A stretch of 64,000 nucleotides of DNA from an uncultured bacterium (lineage in GTDB: Bacteria; UBP14; UBA6098). The notes under the pieces were generated by a model. It made no database searches and was not told the origin of the DNA. It was given only the letters and a program-made list of their open reading frames with translations. The translations under genes were made by a program, and so were the position numbers. This document shows, piece by piece, positions 58,029 to 64,000 of the stretch (the stretch's first letter is position 1; each line of letters opens with the position of its first letter). Where the stretch lies: contig CAYWOR010000001.1 of NCBI GenBank assembly GCA_964459995.1, positions 79,496 to 143,495 on the forward strand. The letters run 5' to 3'.

Positions 58029-59458
58029 AATCGGCCGACAAAGGTGTCGTTGCCAACGATAAGTATCTTCAGCTTTTTTTGATTGTGCTTTGGGCTTTTC
58101 TGGGCGCGTTGGTAATTTCAAAGCCGCTCCCCAAATTTATCCTGCCCTTCCTCACACTTAATTTTGCACTTCTGCTTCTGCTTCCCTTTCGAAGATATTT
58201 CCCCTTTTTCGTTGTAATGTCATACGCCTACCCTTCAAATAGAATTGGTTTTTTTGTTGGAGGATGGGAAGTCCAATTCATTGAGGTGTTTTTCGTATTC
58301 ATTGTATTGCTAATCTTCGTAGAACTGCTTTGGAAAGACACGAAACTCAAAATCACACCGATCTCGGTCTTAGTTGCTCTATTCGTCATAAGCACATTGG
58401 GTCAATCGATCCGTGGAATAGTCTTGAACTATTCACTTCCATTTATTCGAACCGCCGGAAGAAATCTCGGAATGTGGAGCGTTTTTTTCCCCACGGTGGT
58501 TTTTCTTCAGAACGGTGGCAACTCAGAAAAGATCATCCGAATAATGCTTATCGGATGGGGATTATCGACAATCACCTATTTAATGGCGTATTTTGGGATT
58601 ATTCCAATTCCCGATATGTATTTTCTTGGACGTCCTTGGTGGCCGCCCACCTTGAATATCGCGCTGTTCTTTCCGATAATTTTGCTCACTCTTATTCCTT
58701 TCGAGAAAACAGATGAGATTAAAAGCACCCTGACATCACTTGTTCTTATGGTTCTTTCCGCGGCAATTTTAATACCCACGCAATCACGAACGATATACGG
58801 TGTATTGATAATAGAGATTTTCGTTATCTCCGGAATTCTTGTCGCAATCCATCAGAGAGGCCATAGATTGCTCTATTTCCTTAAGCTTATGACGATTCTC
58901 ATAACGTTGGGATTAGCTGGAATAGCGGTGTTAAGAATTATTATGGGCAATGATTTTATTGTTCTGTTTCAAACTCTGTTACGCCGTTTCGATACAATTA
59001 CTAATCTTCAGACCGACCTCGCTCTTGGCGCAAGAAGATGGCAGGTTTGGGAATCCATTCGAATACTGCAGGGCAACTGGCTTTTCGGGAGAGGATCAGG
59101 ATTCGAATGGTCTTCTTTTCGGGGGATGATGAGGGTCGATAATTTCTATTTTTCCTTGCTGGTTCATCAGGGGGTGGTTGGATTAAGTATCGTTTTAGCG
59201 ATATTCGGTTTATGGCTTCACAGATCTATTTGGCTAATTATCAACCGAAACCTCCTAGAGAGCTATCTGCTCAGAGCTTTTGCTATTGGCCAACCAGCTG
59301 TAATAGCGGCGATTCTTTCCTCCGGTATTACTTCCGCGGGATTTGTTTATGCGACTTCGAATGCAGTCCCGATGGTTATATTTGCAATTCTCACAGAGCA
59401 TTTATATCGAGAATACAAATTAAAGAAAGAGCTTCAAAATTCCGAAATATCTTCCTGA
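58025..59458 (+). CDS. O-antigen ligase/polymerase family membrane protein (Wzy-like)
   Basis: About 10-12 TM helices with large loop; ATG 58025 (MKSADKG) chosen to avoid overlap with wzz. Confidence 0.55.
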   Translation: MKSADKGVVANDKYLQLFLIVLWAFLGALVISKPLPKFILPFLTLNFALLLLLPFRRYFPFFVVMSYAYPSNRIGFFVGGWEVQFIEVFFVFIVLLIFVELLWKDTKLKITPISVLVALFVISTLGQSIRGIVLNYSLPFIRTAGRNLGMWSVFFPTVVFLQNGGNSEKIIRIMLIGWGLSTITYLMAYFGIIPIPDMYFLGRPWWPPTLNIALFFPIILLTLIPFEKTDEIKSTLTSLVLMVLSAAILIPTQSRTIYGVLIIEIFVISGILVAIHQRGHRLLYFLKLMTILITLGLAGIAVLRIIMGNDFIVLFQTLLRRFDTITNLQTDLALGARRWQVWESIRILQGNWLFGRGSGFEWSSFRGMMRVDNFYFSLLVHQGVVGLSIVLAIFGLWLHRSIWLIINRNLLESYLLRAFAIGQPAVIAAILSSGITSAGFVYATSNAVPMVIFAILTEHLYREYKLKKELQNSEISS

Positions 59459-59853
59459 CAAAAATCCATCATGCACCACAAAAAAACAGAGAAGAATCAA
59501 GACCAAAACCAAAATATCTGCACCTGAATTATCTCGCTTTGGATTTTCATTTCAAGATTTTCAAAATTGCGTGTCGAAATCGCGACACTCTGAGAATTCT
59601 CGCGAATACATTTCTTATGGGCGTTTTCTTCTGGTTCGGCGTGAAATTTGCTAATAATATACCAAGTGTAATAGGAATTTTATAACCGGAGGATTACGTA
59701 TATAGCGCTAAGCTATTTCAATCCGCCTTGCTATAATGGCTCAATGAAGAGGCTTTTGGAGTTTGTCCGAAATGCGCGCAAGGGGAATATTGTTGACGAT
59801 ACACTCTCTTAGCTTCAGAACATTCGCCGGAATCGCTAAACAACAATACGCTT

Positions 59854-60741
59854 ATGTCAAATTTGAAATCAAAAAAAGAAAGGCTCCTTATTACAGGGGC
59901 AAAAGGGATGATGGGCTCGGATATCGTCCCAATTCTCGAAAGAGAGTTCGAGGTTATCCCAACTGATATCGACGATTTGGATGTTACCAACATCGAACGT
60001 GTGCAGGCGGTTTTTAAAGAAAAACGTCCCGACTGGGTCATTCATATGGCCGCGTTGACCGATCTCGACTACTGCGAAGATAACCCGCTCACCGCGGACG
60101 CCGTGAACCATCTCGGAACCCGAAATGTCGCTCATGCATGCAAAGACAATGACATTCAGTTGATCTACATTTCCACCTCGGGAATTTTCTCGGGCAAAAA
60201 AGATGCGGCTTACAGCGAAATGGATACCCCGAAACCGCAAAATGCCTATGGTGTCAGTAAATATCGCGGAGAATGTGCGGTTCGGGAATTACTTCCCGCA
60301 GACAGGTGGATGATTCTTCGCGCGGGATGGCTTTTCGGCGGCGGATCGCGTGATATCAAGTTCGTAGGTAAAATTTACAAGCTTTGTCACGAACGCGAAA
60401 CCCTCTCGGCTGTCAATGATATTTTCGGTTCGCCCAATTATAGTCTGGACATTGGAGAATTAATAATATATCTTATTTTTAATGGACATCGCGGGGTATT
60501 CCATGCTGGCAACAGCGGAATTGCTACGCGATATGATATTGCGCGGGAGATTGTCAATTTCGCCGGTGTCGAATGTGAAGTCAAACCGGTGCCATCGACA
60601 AAATTTCCCACGAAAGCGCCGAGGCCGCCGATGGAGGCTATCAGAAACGAAAACCTCGAAAAAATCGGCTATAATATGCGCCCATGGCGAGAAGCTTTGA
60701 AGGAGTATATCGAGCGACTCAAATGCGAATTGCGATATTAG
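59854..60741 (+). CDS. NAD(P)-dependent sugar nucleotide reductase/epimerase, RmlD (dTDP-4-dehydrorhamnose reductase)-like
   Basis: Rossmann ITGAKGMMGS; catalytic YGVSK (YxxxK); about 295 aa. Confidence 0.6.
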   Translation: MSNLKSKKERLLITGAKGMMGSDIVPILEREFEVIPTDIDDLDVTNIERVQAVFKEKRPDWVIHMAALTDLDYCEDNPLTADAVNHLGTRNVAHACKDNDIQLIYISTSGIFSGKKDAAYSEMDTPKPQNAYGVSKYRGECAVRELLPADRWMILRAGWLFGGGSRDIKFVGKIYKLCHERETLSAVNDIFGSPNYSLDIGELIIYLIFNGHRGVFHAGNSGIATRYDIAREIVNFAGVECEVKPVPSTKFPTKAPRPPMEAIRNENLEKIGYNMRPWREALKEYIERLKCELRY

Positions 60742-61901
60742 GAATAAGGGGAATTCCGGCATCCTACGGCGGTTTCGAGACAAACGCCGAGATTACCGCA
60801 AAAGCACTCGTCGAAAGAGGGCACGAGGTTGTGGTCTATTGCCGCGGAAGCCGACGTGGTCGTCCGAAAATCTATAATGGCGTAAAACTTCGCTATCTCC
60901 CCTCGATCGAGTCGCGCGATCTCTCGACAATCAGCCACACAACTCTTTCTGCCCTGCATGCGATTTTTAATCGCTACGATGTAATTCATCTTTACAACGT
61001 CGGCAATTCGCATCTAATCCCGCTTCTCAGGCTATTCGGGAAGAAGGTTGTCGTCTCCGTTGACGGCGTAGAATGGCGCAGGAAAAAATTCGGCATTTTT
61101 GGAAGTATGTGGATGCATATGTCCGAGCGTTTTGCGATGTTCTTCTCGAACCGTATCATCGTGGACTCGCTGAAGGTGGGCGAATATTATAAGAATCAAT
61201 ACGATTCCGAAACGGTCTATATTCCCTACGGCAGTTCGATTATCGAAAGAGACCCCGAGCCGAGTTTTCTTGCGAAATTTGGACTCGAACCAAAACGCTA
61301 TCTTCTTTTTGTCGGAAGATTTATTCCGGAAAAGGGCGTGGATAAGCTTCTCAAGGCCTATGGCGAGGTTCGCACCGATATGCCGCTGGTTGTTGTGGGC
61401 GATAACCCCTATGACCGCGAATATTTCGAGCATCTCAAACGTTCCGCTCCACCGGGCGCTATTTTTCCGGGTGCAATTTATGGTGCTGGAGTGAAAGAAC
61501 TTTATCGGCAATCCTATCTCTTTATCAGCCCAAGCGAGCTGGAAGGCACAAGCCCCGCGCTTCTCGAAGCTATGGGGGCCGGAACTTGCGTTGTTGTAAA
61601 CGGAATCCCCGAACAGCTCGAGACGATAGGCGATTCTGGAGTATATTACCGGATGAATGACCTCGAAGACCTTAAACAAAAGGTCCAGGAGCTTATCGAT
61701 AATCCCGCGTTGCGCGAACTTTATGCCGAGCGCACACAGAAAAGGGTCGAAAAGTATTACCGTTGGCAGGACGTCATCAATCGCTACGAAATACTTCTAA
61801 AAGAGGTTGCGGGCAAGAATGACAGCCATGATAATTACAAAGTCGGTCTGGAACTGGCCGAATCGAAAAGAAAACCGGTTCCGACATCGAACACCCTCTG
61901 A
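60723..61901 (+). CDS. Glycosyltransferase family 4 with DUF1972-like N-terminus
   Basis: MRIAILGIRGIPASYGGFET N-terminus; C-terminal GT-B signature SPSELEGTSPALLEAMGAGTCVV. Confidence 0.7.
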   Translation: MRIAILGIRGIPASYGGFETNAEITAKALVERGHEVVVYCRGSRRGRPKIYNGVKLRYLPSIESRDLSTISHTTLSALHAIFNRYDVIHLYNVGNSHLIPLLRLFGKKVVVSVDGVEWRRKKFGIFGSMWMHMSERFAMFFSNRIIVDSLKVGEYYKNQYDSETVYIPYGSSIIERDPEPSFLAKFGLEPKRYLLFVGRFIPEKGVDKLLKAYGEVRTDMPLVVVGDNPYDREYFEHLKRSAPPGAIFPGAIYGAGVKELYRQSYLFISPSELEGTSPALLEAMGAGTCVVVNGIPEQLETIGDSGVYYRMNDLEDLKQKVQELIDNPALRELYAERTQKRVEKYYRWQDVINRYEILLKEVAGKNDSHDNYKVGLELAESKRKPVPTSNTL

Positions 61902-61946
61902 GTTATCTCAAATTAACCCTATTAATATAAGGATAGAAAATTACCT

Positions 61947-63461
61947 ATGACCTTTGGTAAGATTTTTAAAATAGCGACATTGTTTTTTCTTATGGCAGTT
62001 GCCGGAAACCTTTTGGCAATGGGCGGACGAGCGCTTGCGGACAAATGGCCTGAGGTTGGAATTTATCGCGAACTCGAACTTCGCGGTGATGTGCCGATTC
62101 AACCGAATGTCTGGCCGGACAGAAGCGGTGCGGTTTTGAGAAATCTTCCCGACAATCTGGAGGGGACATCTGGATTTTGGGCGGAGAAGCTGAGAAACAG
62201 GCTCGAACGCACCGAGATGAAACCCGACACCGTTACTTTTTTTATTGAACCCGGAATCAACGGCATCCTAAATAACCCGCGCGAATCTTCCGACCGGTTT
62301 TATCCGACATTGCGTCTCGGCGGCGGAATGTCCAAAGGCGCAATCGAAGGTTTTGTTGCCTATATAGTAAATCTGCGGTGGGCGCAGGAGGAAAATTATA
62401 GAGGCCGTCAATGGGCTGGTTTTGCGGGAAGACCGGATCAGGTTTTTATCAGGGCGTCGGGAGAGGACTGGGGGCTTCAGTTCGGCAAGGATTATCTCTC
62501 ATGGGGCGAAGGTCTTATGCGAGGGAAAAATCATGTCCCCTTCGAGATGCTGGGGTTCGATTTTCGTTTTGGATATTTTAATTTTTCGGGATTCACTGGT
62601 TTCCTCGACCCCTCATTTTCCTATGAGCCAATGCCAGTCGATACTTTCATTAAAAGAACCGCGAATAGGTATCTCGCGGGTCATCGACTCGAATTTGTTT
62701 CGAAACGTTTCACCATCGCGCTTAACGAAGAGGTTCTCTACGGCGGAATTGGAAGAATTCCGGAAATCTCCTATATAGTGCCTTTCTATTGGTATCACGC
62801 AGAACAGCTAAACCGCGGTTTCGACGACAACACCTATATCGGCGGAGATTTCAAGGTGCTTTTCCCGCCTGTTCGTTTTACCGGCGAGGTTCTCGTTGAT
62901 GACATTCAGGTTGAATCGAAGACGCAAGACGACGAAGAGCCGCCCCAAATCGGTCTTGCCGGCCAGCTCGATTACGGCACGACAATTTTCTCGAAATGGG
63001 CAACTTTCCGCACGAGATACGAGGGCGTTACAAATTGGACATACAACCAATCCAAAAATCAGAATAGGTATATTTACCAAAATGAATGTCTCGGAAGCCC
63101 CTATGGGAACGATTACGACCGGACGAGCCTCGGCCTCGACCTTTATCTGGCTCCGATGTGTATTTTGAATATTGAAGGGTTCTATTTTCGGAAGGGCGAA
63201 GGGCGTATCGATGCGCCTTGGACAACCCCATGGTCTGATATCGAAGGGCCATATTCAGAGCCATTTCCAACCGGAATCGTGGAGAAAACCAGCGGGTTTA
63301 AACTCGATTGGCAGGGATTTTTTGAGGATTACGGATTTTGGAAATTTGGTTTCGAATATGGACGGCAAAAAAACCAAAATCACGAAGAAAATAATGAGGG
63401 CGATTATTGGCAACTCGACCTTCAACTCGACCTAACTTTCTACCCCTCGATTTCGTTTTAG
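61947..63461 (+). CDS. Outer-membrane beta-barrel protein, possibly capsule assembly Wzi-like
   Basis: Signal peptide; aromatic-rich alternating segments and C-terminal ...YPSISF ending in Phe; position at end of the export gene block. Family assignment tentative. Confidence 0.35.
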   Translation: MTFGKIFKIATLFFLMAVAGNLLAMGGRALADKWPEVGIYRELELRGDVPIQPNVWPDRSGAVLRNLPDNLEGTSGFWAEKLRNRLERTEMKPDTVTFFIEPGINGILNNPRESSDRFYPTLRLGGGMSKGAIEGFVAYIVNLRWAQEENYRGRQWAGFAGRPDQVFIRASGEDWGLQFGKDYLSWGEGLMRGKNHVPFEMLGFDFRFGYFNFSGFTGFLDPSFSYEPMPVDTFIKRTANRYLAGHRLEFVSKRFTIALNEEVLYGGIGRIPEISYIVPFYWYHAEQLNRGFDDNTYIGGDFKVLFPPVRFTGEVLVDDIQVESKTQDDEEPPQIGLAGQLDYGTTIFSKWATFRTRYEGVTNWTYNQSKNQNRYIYQNECLGSPYGNDYDRTSLGLDLYLAPMCILNIEGFYFRKGEGRIDAPWTTPWSDIEGPYSEPFPTGIVEKTSGFKLDWQGFFEDYGFWKFGFEYGRQKNQNHEENNEGDYWQLDLQLDLTFYPSISF

Positions 63462-63953
63462 TATAATCGTATGATTTATAAGCAGTTAAGATTAATCGCT
63501 GTTGTAAGAAAATAGGAGAAAAGGGTTAATGTCCGTGCAAGACAACAAATTACGCGCCCACACTTTTTTCAAAAAAAAGTTTTTTTTGTTTGACTTGAAA
63601 AAAATATGAAGTATATTTCCATAACGAACATCCGTCGAGGTATGAAAAGAGCATGCTCGAATGCGGAATTTTTTTTAATATCCCCGGCGGCGGTGAAAAT
63701 GGCCTTGTCCGCGGTTGTCCGTTTTTAAGATGTCGAAGGAGAGAAAAAAGGTCTTGACAGTGTAGGATTACAAGATTATTTTAGCTCAAACCTGCCGAAA
63801 GGTCGGCGAGGTATGTTTGCTATTTTTGAATTTGAAGCTAAAACCGCGAGGTTTTAAGAAAAGAAAAGGTAACCGTAAATGGAAATTCCAAATCGCACAT
63901 TTAGTGATAGGGTTTCTAAAAACACAAAAAACAAAGGAAAGGAGAAGGGCGTT

Positions 63954-64000
63954 ATGGGTAAAAAAACCGTAATTGCAGCCCTACTGCTCAGTTTACTACT
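63954..64000 (+). CDS. 5' end of a gene encoding a signal-peptide protein (truncated by window end)
   Basis: GGAGAA RBS then ATG GGT AAA AAA ACC GTA ATT GCA GCC CTA CTG CTC (MGKKTVIAALLLSLL). Confidence 0.35.
   Translation, partial: MGKKTVIAALLLSLL

Overview
Dense, mostly housekeeping and envelope-biogenesis window (about 55 genes, one tRNA) from a Gram-negative bacterium; I found no clear-cut novel system, but several gene modules and two structured intergenic elements are worth a second look. The lineage is probably an uncultivated FCB-type organism (inference from two proteins with T9SS-type C-terminal sorting domains, DUF1573 proteins, a SusC-like TonB receptor and KDO genes kpsF/kdsB). 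Main content: (1) a poly-gamma-glutamate synthase locus, pgsB-pgsC plus a non-PgsA third membrane protein, followed by a Lat-family aminotransferase; (2) a tight three-gene module of a small membrane-anchored protein, a class III nucleotide cyclase fused to a STAND P-loop NTPase and TPR repeats, and a secreted Asp-box beta-propeller; (3) a ~14 kb co-directional minus-strand array with pdxA, a 913-aa secreted protein, four glycosyltransferases, a methyltransferase, two tandem Wzx-like flippases, kpsF, nadE and a YkgJ protein; (4) housekeeping genes gyrA, recD2, tsaD, ftsEX, ispA, ispE, tRNA-Gln, prs, rplY; (5) three thiol-redox modules (DUF1573-TlpA fusion; lpd-DUF1573-Trx2-DsbD operon; hypE-ferredoxin-CcdA-like-YibQ-PtsN operon); (6) a second polysaccharide export block wza-wzz-wzy-rmlD-like-GT-wzi-like. 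No rRNA, CRISPR array, transposase or integrase was seen. The best candidates for undescribed biology are the cyclase-STAND-TPR module, the lpd-DUF1573-DsbD operon, and a 133-nt element of nested perfect palindromes downstream of the pgs locus. All protein calls rest on motif recognition by eye from the six-frame translations; no database search was run.
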